This document shows, in pieces, positions 17,673 to 25,961 of a stretch of DNA of 64,000 nucleotides (the stretch's first letter is position 1; each line of letters starts with the position of its first letter). The DNA is from a virus. A model generated the notes under the pieces. That model had not been told where the DNA came from. It made no database searches and was given only the letters and a program-made list of their open reading frames with translations. The stretch spans positions 6,955 through 70,954 of IMG/VR virus record IMGVR_UViG_3300003690_003261, one strand, 5' to 3'. Position numbers and translations under genes: made by a program.

Positions 17673-17963
17673 TTAATATTCTTCTTGCCAATGGCCGGCG
17701 TCCATGGCGGCCTGATCTAAATCCATTTGACGGTCAACCTCGGACTGGGGCGCCATATCAAATTGGCTCTCAAGGTTTTCTCTGAACTCTTCAATCTTTA
17801 AAAAGATCGTTGTGAGAAATTCCTCCTCATCTGCAAATTCATTGATTACGTTCCGGATACGCTCCATTTCATGATCGATATTCCCCATGACTCCTCCGCG
17901 CTCATTTAAAGAAGAAAGCTCTTCCTTGATAATCTGTCGTAGTTTTGTTTTTGAGATCTTCAT
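17673..17963 (-). CDS. Tag-array protein 5 (MKISKTKLRQIIKEEL..., 96 aa, acidic)
   Basis: Carries the shared N-terminal tag; TAATG coupling to the upstream gene. Confidence 0.8.
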   Translation of the reverse strand: MKISKTKLRQIIKEELSSLNERGGVMGNIDHEMERIRNVINEFADEEEFLTTIFLKIEEFRENLESQFDMAPQSEVDRQMDLDQAAMDAGHWQEEY

Positions 17964-18400
17964 TAGTCTTGGTCCTTTTTAATATCTCTTTTGGACTGGG
18001 CGCGTTCGGCCTTATTGTAGGCTTTCTTCTGCGGCTTTTTGCTTTTGCCTCGTTTACTTTTAGAGTAAGTAACTTCGGAACGATGGCCGCTTACTTTGTT
18101 TTCTTCCATTCCTGAGCTACCGTACATTGGGTTCGCTTTCAAAGATCCGATGAACCTGGCCATATCCGCAGTCATCTCTATGCCAAGATCGGCTGCGAGG
18201 GCATCGAGGGAATCGTACCTATCGACTACAGCACGGGTCAATATTCGCGAAAGCAGTTGCTCTTCGCGAGTGCCTAGGCGGCCGGCCATAGGATCTTCCT
18301 CTTCTTCTGGCTCTGGGAAGCCTTCTATATCGGCTCCCACACTCACGGTCTCAAGTTCTTCCTTGATAATCTGTCGTAGTTTTGATTTTGAAATCTTCAC
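17963..18400 (-). CDS. Tag-array protein 4 (MKISKSKLRQIIKEEL..., 145 aa, Lys/Arg-rich tail)
   Basis: Carries the shared tag; GTG start coupled via TAGTG. Confidence 0.8.
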   Translation of the reverse strand: MKISKSKLRQIIKEELETVSVGADIEGFPEPEEEEDPMAGRLGTREEQLLSRILTRAVVDRYDSLDALAADLGIEMTADMARFIGSLKANPMYGSSGMEENKVSGHRSEVTYSKSKRGKSKKPQKKAYNKAERAQSKRDIKKDQD

Positions 18401-19065
18401 TATGCTTTACCTTTTTTGATGCGCTGCTTTTCGACGGAGCGCCTTTTTTTAGAAGCAGCTTTTTTCCTGCCTTTTGAACTCCACTGATGCGCTGAGGGAT
18501 CGAGCTTCTCTGCTTCTTTGCTTGGAGGACTGCCTCCGGATTGAGATGATTCTTCTAGTTCTTCACTCCGGGCGCGCATAGGAGTCAACATACCATCGAA
18601 GGGTGCTGGATCTCCTTTCTTTAGGGCCTTCTCACCACCAGTCGTTTGCTGTCGAAGTTCACCACCCAACTTGTTCACTTTCGTTCTAAAGCCTTCTTCT
18701 TCTCTTGATATGATCAAGTCTGGTTGCTTGACATAAATCCTCATAAGTTCTTTGACCATGTTGTTTAGTGTGTCGCTGGGTATTTCTGCGAGGGCGCGCA
18801 CATCTGCTGGGAGACTCTTAAGATCCGCCGGCTTGCCCAGAGAAGACCGATCAACCTTAAGCACTGTCAAAAGGCCGACGGCGAGTTTTGACAGGCCTGC
18901 CACATTCATGATAGCAAGAAAAGCTCGCAAACGACTGTGGTTGTCGCGAGTGATTTTTTGAATGCTTTGCTGTATACTTGCTGCCCCGGGGGATGCCTCC
19001 AAAAGAGACACCCTTTCCAGCTCTTCCTTGATAATCTCTTTAAGTCTTTGTTTGGTGATTTTCAC
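18400..19065 (-). CDS. Tag-array protein 3 (MKITKQRLKEIIKEEL..., 221 aa, Lys/Arg-rich tail)
   Basis: Carries the shared tag; GTGA overlap. Confidence 0.8.
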   Translation of the reverse strand: MKITKQRLKEIIKEELERVSLLEASPGAASIQQSIQKITRDNHSRLRAFLAIMNVAGLSKLAVGLLTVLKVDRSSLGKPADLKSLPADVRALAEIPSDTLNNMVKELMRIYVKQPDLIISREEEGFRTKVNKLGGELRQQTTGGEKALKKGDPAPFDGMLTPMRARSEELEESSQSGGSPPSKEAEKLDPSAHQWSSKGRKKAASKKRRSVEKQRIKKGKA

Positions 19066-19346
19066 TGTCTGTTCTCAAATTGTCCAAGAGCAATAACATA
19101 ACGCTCTTTCAAATCATCAAGTTTGTCCTGAAGTATATTAGCGTGGGTACTAAGATGAACAAACTCGCCGCCGTCATGCTCTTCCACCAAACGTGCGATG
19201 GCGCTCTGAAAATCCAGGAGCCTCTTGTCAAGTTTCCGCAGCGCTATTTGGCCGCGGGCGGCTAGCTCATCGGCGTCCATCGAGAACGTATCTCCTTCAA
19301 GCTCTTCCTTGATAATCTCTTTTAGTCTTTGTTTAGTGATTTTCAC
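19062..19346 (-). CDS. Tag-array protein 2 (MKITKQRLKEIIKEEL..., 94 aa, coiled coil)
   Basis: Carries the shared tag; GTGA overlap. Confidence 0.8.
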   Translation of the reverse strand: MKITKQRLKEIIKEELEGDTFSMDADELAARGQIALRKLDKRLLDFQSAIARLVEEHDGGEFVHLSTHANILQDKLDDLKERYVIALGQFENRQ

Positions 19347-19558
19347 TTTAGTTCTCCTCGCTCTTCCATTGAGTGGGCGATTGCAACAGCCTGATCTTTA
19401 GACTTGCCTTCTTTGTCCACAAGATAAGAAATCTTCCGTGAAATTCTTTCGTCTTTGGTTTTTTGAGTCTCTTTTAATTCCTGCGTCCCGCGGTGAAACT
19501 CTCGGTAAAAGAGTTCCTCTTTGATAATTTGTTTTAAACGGGTGGCTGAGATTTTCAC
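19343..19558 (-). CDS. Tag-array protein 1 (MKISATRLKQIIKEEL..., 71 aa, C-terminal GKSKDQAVAIAHS)
   Basis: Carries the shared tag; GGAG RBS, GTG start. Confidence 0.8.
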   Translation of the reverse strand: MKISATRLKQIIKEELFYREFHRGTQELKETQKTKDERISRKISYLVDKEGKSKDQAVAIAHSMEERGELK

Positions 19559-19566
19559 TGGGGCTC

Positions 19567-20523
19567 CTACACAGACATTGCAAGCGTCAACAATAAATAG
19601 TTGTCCGGAGTGATAAGGGTCGCATTTTCAAGGCATTTCTGGAATTGTTCCTTGGCCATAGACCCAACGTCTTCATTATCGCCAATATCAACCTTCCAAA
19701 CTTCTATGTCAAAATCAAGTAAGATCTTGATAACTTCTAGTTCCTTTTTCTTTGCGTCGGGATCCAATGCAACATATACTCCTGCGTCTTCTTTAACGAT
19801 CTTACGAAGTAAAATCGAGTGTTGATTCAGAGTAGAACCGAGGATAGGGACCGCATTACGGCCAGCAATAATCGCATCAAAAATCCCTTCGACCAGAACA
19901 ATGTCTGAACTCCAATCCACAAACAAATCGTTAAATATAATGTTCTTGCTTGCTGGAGGATTTTTATACTTTGGGTAATAGGCGCGATCAAACGATCTAG
20001 AAATGAAGTAGTTTAAATCACCTTCGTCATCAAACGACGGAATAATGACTCTACCTTCATATTCTCCTTCGCTACAATAGCCCATCTTCCACCAAACAAT
20101 ATCTTGTTTTCCGATGTTTCGTTTTCTTAGATAGTTCATTGCAGCGAACCCGGTAGGGGGCATCTCTTTATTCGCTAAAGAAACGAAACCCTCGGGCATC
20201 TCAAGTATTTGTTTTTCTTCTATTTTCTTGGTAAATAAATCTTCGAGTTTCTCGAAATCAATTTCCGATGTAAAATCCCTCCACTGAGATTTATCGTGGT
20301 TTGTGCCGAAGCGTCGAACGACACGGTAGAGGTTCTTACCCCGAGTATCGCATACCCAGCACTTATAATAGCCTTTGTCGAGATTTACGGAAAACTTGCG
20401 CTTGTGGTGGTCGCAGTAGGGGCACTTAAAAAGAAACTCGTTGTTGGTCCGATACGAGGACCCCAGCACACTAGTCAGTATTTTGAGTTTCTTCTCTTTC
20501 ACGAATCCAGCCTGCCTTTGCAA
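19567..20523 (-). CDS. DNA primase (zinc finger + TOPRIM)
   Basis: CPYCDH...CWVC zinc finger, RVIIPSFD, LVEGIFDA and ALDPDA. GTG at 20502 is an alternative start. Confidence 0.88.
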   Translation of the reverse strand: MQRQAGFVKEKKLKILTSVLGSSYRTNNEFLFKCPYCDHHKRKFSVNLDKGYYKCWVCDTRGKNLYRVVRRFGTNHDKSQWRDFTSEIDFEKLEDLFTKKIEEKQILEMPEGFVSLANKEMPPTGFAAMNYLRKRNIGKQDIVWWKMGYCSEGEYEGRVIIPSFDDEGDLNYFISRSFDRAYYPKYKNPPASKNIIFNDLFVDWSSDIVLVEGIFDAIIAGRNAVPILGSTLNQHSILLRKIVKEDAGVYVALDPDAKKKELEVIKILLDFDIEVWKVDIGDNEDVGSMAKEQFQKCLENATLITPDNYLLLTLAMSV

Positions 20524-21004
20524 TCACATAACTATCCGACCGATCATTATAGCCGGCCTTTGGATTTCCATGTTTTGTATATTGTACATCAAAACCAGGT
20601 ACGCTGTCAACTACAAATTGAAGTGTAACTGCTTTTGCTTTCTGTCCCTTGGGGACTTTGATACCGCATGCCTTGCGGGCTGATGTGGCGGCCAAATAGT
20701 GAGGATCTTGCCCAAACATATTATAGCACAGCCAAGAAACAATGCCATTGATTTTTGATAAAAGCGAAAGGGTTTGTGCCGACGAGAAACCAGATCGAAA
20801 GGATTGTAGAGACTGTTCAATATAAACTTGTTCTATCTCATATCGTTCGTTGATGTCTTCAAGGCGCGCGCTAATGATTCGTATTTTTTTAAAAAAATTC
20901 TTTTCTTTTCGTAGATCAACGTGATCACAGGCAAGTATGTGGCCCTCATAATCTAATATTGTGTATCCAGTTATGCTAGTGGATATATCTAATCCTAAAA
21001 TCAT
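20471..21004 (-). CDS. RuvC-like Holliday junction resolvase
   Basis: MILGLDISTSITGY (acidic residue I), VYIEQ (II) and DRSDSYVIA (III). Confidence 0.8.
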   Translation of the reverse strand: MILGLDISTSITGYTILDYEGHILACDHVDLRKEKNFFKKIRIISARLEDINERYEIEQVYIEQSLQSFRSGFSSAQTLSLLSKINGIVSWLCYNMFGQDPHYLAATSARKACGIKVPKGQKAKAVTLQFVVDSVPGFDVQYTKHGNPKAGYNDRSDSYVIAKAGWIREREETQNTD

Positions 21005-21120
21005 TAGTCCCCCATATCTAACTTCTCTATCTCTAAATCTTCAATTTTTATACGAAAAGAAATTTTGGCTTTTTTGTTGCCCTTTTCTATAATAACCGAA
21101 TTCCCTCGCGGGTCATACAC
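21004..21120 (-). CDS. 38-aa ORF MYDPRGNSVIIEKGNKKAKISFRIKIEDLEIEKLDMGD
   Basis: Exactly fills the gap; coupled by TAGTG upstream and TAATG downstream. Confidence 0.6.
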   Translation of the reverse strand: MYDPRGNSVIIEKGNKKAKISFRIKIEDLEIEKLDMGD

Positions 21121-22430
21121 TATATATCAAGCTCAATTTTAAATGTAAAATCGCGTTGGGATGTTTTTTTGACGGGTGTTGCCGGCTTTGCTATAGCAAT
21201 CAAATTCATATTCTTGTCGTATATCCCAACCTTACAAATATAAGTGGTCCTCTCAAACGATCCAGTAGGAGTATTATATGAAGAACTAACAATATTTTTA
21301 ATACCTAATTCTTGATTTTGTACATATCCCATGTTGCTTGTAGCCGGTACCGAGGATGAGGACACCACAAAAGTAGGGTTGCTAGACTGATTCAGTTCCC
21401 CCTTGGGGGCCGTGGCAAACATAGTGAGAGTTTGTGTTCTAGAGGTCCCGCTCATCTCGATCATAAAAGAGGACGAGGGCGCCATAACGGGACCGCCCGG
21501 GAGTGAAGCGCCAAAATTAACCCAATTAGGATAAGAATTTGTACCGCCATAATCCTCCGTATGCTGGCCGGAGCTGATATCCCAAGACCCGGTAAGGACG
21601 AAAAAGCCTTCATTATATAAAGCAACTCCCGCAACGCTCCCCGATCCAGCGGAGCCCGGAGGACCAGTTTGCCACAACACTCCATTTTGGTTTTTATCTT
21701 CCAGTCTCCCCTTAAGAGCGCCAGAAATATAAAAATCTAACTTTATTGTGCCGGGTTTAACTTTAGAGCCGTAGAAAATGGTGGGAATATTAATGAGCCC
21801 CACTTGTACGCTGTTTAAATCCCGACCCAACAGAGTAGAAGAATAGGCATAATGTGGGCTTAAATAGGTATAATGATTTAATGTATTTTTTAAAGTTCGC
21901 AGATGCGAAACCGATCCATAATCAGTTATTTGAAGACCACTTGTGTCGGTTTCTACCACCACCGGAGGAACATGTCGAGCAGTGGTTGCAGTGTAATATT
22001 CTCTGGTTATAGAAGAAGTATATGGAAGCGTTCCAATAAACACATCCCCTGCGGCTCCTTGGGAAAAAGCGGTTGATGAAACAGAACCAAACCCAAGACG
22101 GGTAGAATCTTTAACCATAAACTGGTAAAGAAGCCCGGTATCACGAATTGATTTATCTGGTTGTACAATACCGTCCTCATCCGTAACGACGGTGATGTAG
22201 CGATTGAGCTGTAAATCTACAGAGGAAGAAACAAATTTTCTATCAATATTTAGTTCAAAAAGGCTAATATTGTTGGGAGTTGTACACCGGATAGATCCGG
22301 TAAAAGAACCTGAAATATTAGGAGTGTTGTTATAGTATGCCGAACCACTGTAAATGAAGTACTTTGTTTCAGGGTACGTTTTTAGGGTGTTGACATATAT
22401 ATCGTTTCGATTGAACTTATAAACCGGCAT
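21120..22430 (-). CDS. Baseplate/tail-fibre attachment-type structural protein (436 aa)
   Basis: C-terminal ICKVGIYDKNMNLIAIAKPATPVKK is of the tail-collar (DUF3751-like) type; paralogue of 22485..23597. Confidence 0.55.
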   Translation of the reverse strand: MPVYKFNRNDIYVNTLKTYPETKYFIYSGSAYYNNTPNISGSFTGSIRCTTPNNISLFELNIDRKFVSSSVDLQLNRYITVVTDEDGIVQPDKSIRDTGLLYQFMVKDSTRLGFGSVSSTAFSQGAAGDVFIGTLPYTSSITREYYTATTARHVPPVVVETDTSGLQITDYGSVSHLRTLKNTLNHYTYLSPHYAYSSTLLGRDLNSVQVGLINIPTIFYGSKVKPGTIKLDFYISGALKGRLEDKNQNGVLWQTGPPGSAGSGSVAGVALYNEGFFVLTGSWDISSGQHTEDYGGTNSYPNWVNFGASLPGGPVMAPSSSFMIEMSGTSRTQTLTMFATAPKGELNQSSNPTFVVSSSSVPATSNMGYVQNQELGIKNIVSSSYNTPTGSFERTTYICKVGIYDKNMNLIAIAKPATPVKKTSQRDFTFKIELDI

Positions 22431-22447
22431 CTTAATTCCCTACTATT

Positions 22448-22455
22448 ATAAGTAG
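22448..22455 (-). promoter_or_regulatory. Putative late-promoter motif CTACTTAT
   Basis: 17 nt upstream of ATG 22430. Confidence 0.5.
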
Positions 22456-22484
22456 TTGAGTGTTGTTGTTAACAAAAGCCGATA

Positions 22485-23597
22485 TTAGTAATCCAAACGA
22501 ACCCTAAGAGTCAACTCCGAGGACGGATCCTTCTTAAGGGGTTCCGAAAGCTTTGCTACAGCCAGCAGTTCATTGTCAGCAGAATACAGTCCAACTGCCG
22601 TTGCATAACTAACCGGCGAATCAGTTGAATTATTCTTCGTTACAATCTTACTCGCACTTAGGTAGGTAGGATTGGCAGAATAATTAAAATCATTGTGATT
22701 GGCCCGGCAGAAGTAAATTGTGGAATTCAACTCCGTCGTGTTATTAAATGAGAGGTTGTAGATCCGATGCCTAAAGTAGTTGCACGAGGCCGAAATTGTC
22801 GATCCCGTAAGACCGCTTAGATAGACCCGAGCACCCGAGGGTGCCTCGGTTGGATTAACAAATTGCACGTTCTGATCGAGCATACCATCATAGGCAGTTC
22901 CTTGAAATATGGCTCCGGTCAATACACAAACCCCTGCCTGGTAGTAAAGAAGCCCACAAGGCGCACTACTATCCAATGAAGTTCCTGCAGTGTTTGCTGC
23001 ATACAGCAGGCCATACTCGCCGGCTGGTGAGTTTACTTTGAACCCAGACGATCCACTGGGGTCTGTAATTCTGATGCGATTTGCCCAGATTCCTTCCTTG
23101 GCGTCGGCGCCGACTGGACTCCAGCCATAGCCTACCCCCATCTCTAAACTAAAGCTGCCCTTCTTAATTTCATCCTTGGCAAGTAACCGAGTAAAATTAA
23201 GAAAAATCGCATCGTTGAACTTTGCACCACCTGTTAGATCCCCGTCGCGATCAAATTTACGAACGTTGCCGTTTTCATCAAATCCGGCTAAAACTTGCGC
23301 CATTTCGTTATAAATATTAACCTTCTTGGTACGCATAGTGTTGCCACCGGCGCCGACGGGGTCGAAATCCGAGGCCATACCAAGCGTAACGTCGAAAATA
23401 TGATTGGCCGACGAGCTAAGATAGGGATAATCATAAACTGATTGGAACATCCCATGTGCATAATTTTTAATATTGGCGTCTGCATAGGCGCCAGTTTCGT
23501 AGTTTACAATTGTACCAGTTATTGGAACTGCTTCGTGTAACAGATTTCTAGTCGAAACTACATCCTTTGGATCAATTGTTTTAAATGAAGAAGCCAT
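22485..23597 (-). CDS. Baseplate/tail-fibre attachment-type structural protein (370 aa)
   Basis: C-terminal ATAVGLYSADNELLAVAKLSEPLKK; paralogous with 21120..22430. Confidence 0.55.
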   Translation of the reverse strand: MASSFKTIDPKDVVSTRNLLHEAVPITGTIVNYETGAYADANIKNYAHGMFQSVYDYPYLSSSANHIFDVTLGMASDFDPVGAGGNTMRTKKVNIYNEMAQVLAGFDENGNVRKFDRDGDLTGGAKFNDAIFLNFTRLLAKDEIKKGSFSLEMGVGYGWSPVGADAKEGIWANRIRITDPSGSSGFKVNSPAGEYGLLYAANTAGTSLDSSAPCGLLYYQAGVCVLTGAIFQGTAYDGMLDQNVQFVNPTEAPSGARVYLSGLTGSTISASCNYFRHRIYNLSFNNTTELNSTIYFCRANHNDFNYSANPTYLSASKIVTKNNSTDSPVSYATAVGLYSADNELLAVAKLSEPLKKDPSSELTLRVRLDY

Positions 23598-23615
23598 TGT
23601 TTATTTCCTTATTCC

Positions 23616-24586
23616 TTATGTTAACTTAACAAACCTCAAAGGAATGTCTAGGCTATACCCAGTATTAACCCCTGATACTCTAATGGTAGAATCAATAAAC
23701 CGATAAGGATTCGTGGCTGGGTCCAGAGGTGTACCGGCAGCATTCGCAATTGTCGCTGTTCCATCTGACCCCAATTGAGTAAAGAGAAAATCACTGTTTC
23801 GCAGTTCTAGGCTTGCGCCGACTCTAAGACTCAGCTTCGTACCTCTTGGTCCAGAAATACTAGAAGCTTCGGTTGCCCGTAAATTATTAACAAAGCCGCG
23901 GCCTTGGTCTCCTCCCACAAAATAATAATTAGCTATACCATCATCATCTAAATATGCGTATGTAGCGGGGGAGAGTTGGATATTTGATGCCGCATTAGCA
24001 CTGGCAATGGCCGTCACATTGTCTGCAGCCGGAAAGATCTGGCCTAGGCGGTTGTCAATCTGTACAATATATTGATTCTCAACAAGTTGGTCCGCAAGAG
24101 GATCTTCCTTGGCTAGTTCATTGGTGTCCAATCCTTGGCCGGATCGTCGCCCGGGCGATATCCGTTTAAAATACCGGCGCCCAAAGTGGTTCCAAAACCA
24201 GTCTCAACTGTGCTCTTGTCAACAGGGACAACAAACCCACTAGCATCGCCCAAACTGGCCATCTCAGAGCCCAACCCAGACTGTGTGAAAAGTTTAATAA
24301 CTGGGAGATAGAGCAAGTCATTATCGTTAATAGTCAAAAGTCGAGACTTCATGCTCGACATATTGTTGGTAAAAGCTTCTAAAACCGGAGTCTGAAGAAT
24401 GCTGATATCATAATAGGCGGATCCGCTCGTATTATTTTTATCGTAGAGCGTATAGTCGATTTCATCATCGCCTAACGCAAACTTGTCTATTTTGAAGCTT
24501 CCGTCGCCCTTGGCTAGCCGGAGACGCCCCGTATCAGTTAAAACCGCATCAAGTATAATATCACCTGAATTATCTAAGAAACCCAT
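23616..24586 (-). CDS. Structural protein gene split by a -1 frame change (ORFs 24113..24586 and 23616..24131)
   Basis: N-terminal part MGFLDNSGDIILDAVLTDTGRLRLAKGDGSFKIDKFALGDDEIDY. The second ORF has only a TTG start inside the continuous phrase QGLDTNEL, and the two frames overlap by about 90 nt. Confidence 0.6.
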
Positions 24587-24606
24587 ATCTTTTTAAACCT
24601 CTCTAT

Positions 24607-24614
24607 ATAAATAG
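24607..24614 (-). promoter_or_regulatory. Putative late-promoter motif CTATTTAT
   Basis: 20 nt upstream of ATG 24586, 5' of a GAGG RBS. Confidence 0.5.
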
Positions 24615-24634
24615 TGAATAAATTATTATTATTC

Positions 24635-25960
24635 CTATGGAATGACAACTCCATCATTTTTAAACGTCATGTTTAAATCAATCTTTCTGCCCGTCTTTTT
24701 ACTAGTTACTCTAATTTTGAACTTCTTGCCCCATACCGAAGACACTTGTCTGACCTCTGTCGTCCCTAAAATATTAGGATCTGGGGCCTCATTAATCCCC
24801 ACCACTCCGGGCGTGGATGCGGCGGAATCGTAAAAAGTCTGTGTGGAACGCGGCCGGACAGCCAAAAATCGGCGGCCGGTCTTTTTGTAGTCGTACTTCT
24901 GTGATTCAAAGGCAAATATCTTTGTTCTCAAAAACATCTGGCCCCTATTGTCAACCATTTCAACCTCGACTATATATGTCGGATTAGAAATGTTGTCGTG
25001 TATATCTATTGATCGCGCGCAATACCAATACGTACGATTGGGCACGAGCCCATCCACAAAAGCCACAGCCGTCGAAAACTTGTCAGGACCTAGCTGAGCC
25101 TGAATTGGAGCATCCGTCCGATTAAACCCCTTGAAATCATTATAACTTGTTGGTTTGTGCGAAATTCTGAACAGCTCATACTTTCGAATTGGATCATCAT
25201 TACGGTACTGGAGCTTTTCAAGACCATTCGCGCCTATAGCAATGTTGGCCAAATCTTGTTCTGTGAGAGTAATTTTATGCTGTGAGAAGTATTCTTCCAC
25301 TACAAACGTTACATCCGTATCTCTTAGAATGATCGGCTTTTCCTTCTTCTCTCCGGCGTTGGAATTGAATAATACCAGGACTCTGTTGTTCACACCAACA
25401 TATGGAACAAACGTTATATCTGGAGGTATGGGCGGATTATCGGTGACAGTAGAAGTAAGACCACAGTAACTAGTTCCGATGGCTCTAATATTTGGCTTAT
25501 TATCAACGGTAACTTCAGCAACTGGTGGACCATTCAAAAGAATTTGAGAACTGGTCAAGCCGCCGTCCGATCCATGCTCACCTGAATGAAATAATAAAGT
25601 AAACGCCTCGTTGTCCTCGTTGTAGATCCTATATTCAATGGCTAATTCTCGGCTGGCGCGGCCCAAATTCACACTCTCAACCGATGGACTCCCGGGTGCC
25701 GGGGGAGCGATCGGGCGCACCCTCGCGGTAATGTGATATAAACGAGGAGCTATACCGTTTTCATATGCGGCCTCAAAAGCAGTTTGAACTCTTTCTATAA
25801 ATGTATAAACCGAAAGATTCTCATCGGGCGAAAACTCAATGGGGCCTACCGAAAAAGTGCTCGCGAGGGCTGTGCCGGTCGTGACAGGGGAAGTATCAGG
25901 ATCCCCTTGACTTACATCAAAACTATTTTCAGCTATATCTATATACCAATAAAAATTCAT
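24635..25960 (-). CDS. Hypothetical structural protein with an FN3/Ig-like flavour (441 aa)
   Basis: Motifs PPIPPDITFVPY and FVDGLVPNRTYWYCARSIDIHDNISNPT; lies in the tail module. Confidence 0.55.
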   Translation of the reverse strand: MNFYWYIDIAENSFDVSQGDPDTSPVTTGTALASTFSVGPIEFSPDENLSVYTFIERVQTAFEAAYENGIAPRLYHITARVRPIAPPAPGSPSVESVNLGRASRELAIEYRIYNEDNEAFTLLFHSGEHGSDGGLTSSQILLNGPPVAEVTVDNKPNIRAIGTSYCGLTSTVTDNPPIPPDITFVPYVGVNNRVLVLFNSNAGEKKEKPIILRDTDVTFVVEEYFSQHKITLTEQDLANIAIGANGLEKLQYRNDDPIRKYELFRISHKPTSYNDFKGFNRTDAPIQAQLGPDKFSTAVAFVDGLVPNRTYWYCARSIDIHDNISNPTYIVEVEMVDNRGQMFLRTKIFAFESQKYDYKKTGRRFLAVRPRSTQTFYDSAASTPGVVGINEAPDPNILGTTEVRQVSSVWGKKFKIRVTSKKTGRKIDLNMTFKNDGVVIP

Positions 25961-25961
25961 T

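Larger units (their letters stand above)
17919..19558. repeat. Five dispersed 45-nt repeats encoding the tag (17919-17963, 18356-18400, 19021-19065, 19302-19346, 19514-19558)
   Basis: Hand alignment: copies 1 and 2 are 41/45 identical and copies 3 and 4 are 43/45 identical. Copy 5 is more diverged. Confidence 0.9.

Noticed and set aside
17919-19558. CRISPR-like or integron attC interpretation of the 45-nt repeats
   Set aside because: The repeats are coding gene starts separated by 170-620 nt of ORF, are not palindromic, and have no cas or integrase gene nearby.
24606-24613. Exact T4 late promoter TATAAATA on the plus strand
   Set aside because: It points away from the coding direction and is simply the reverse complement overlapping the CTATTTAT motif.
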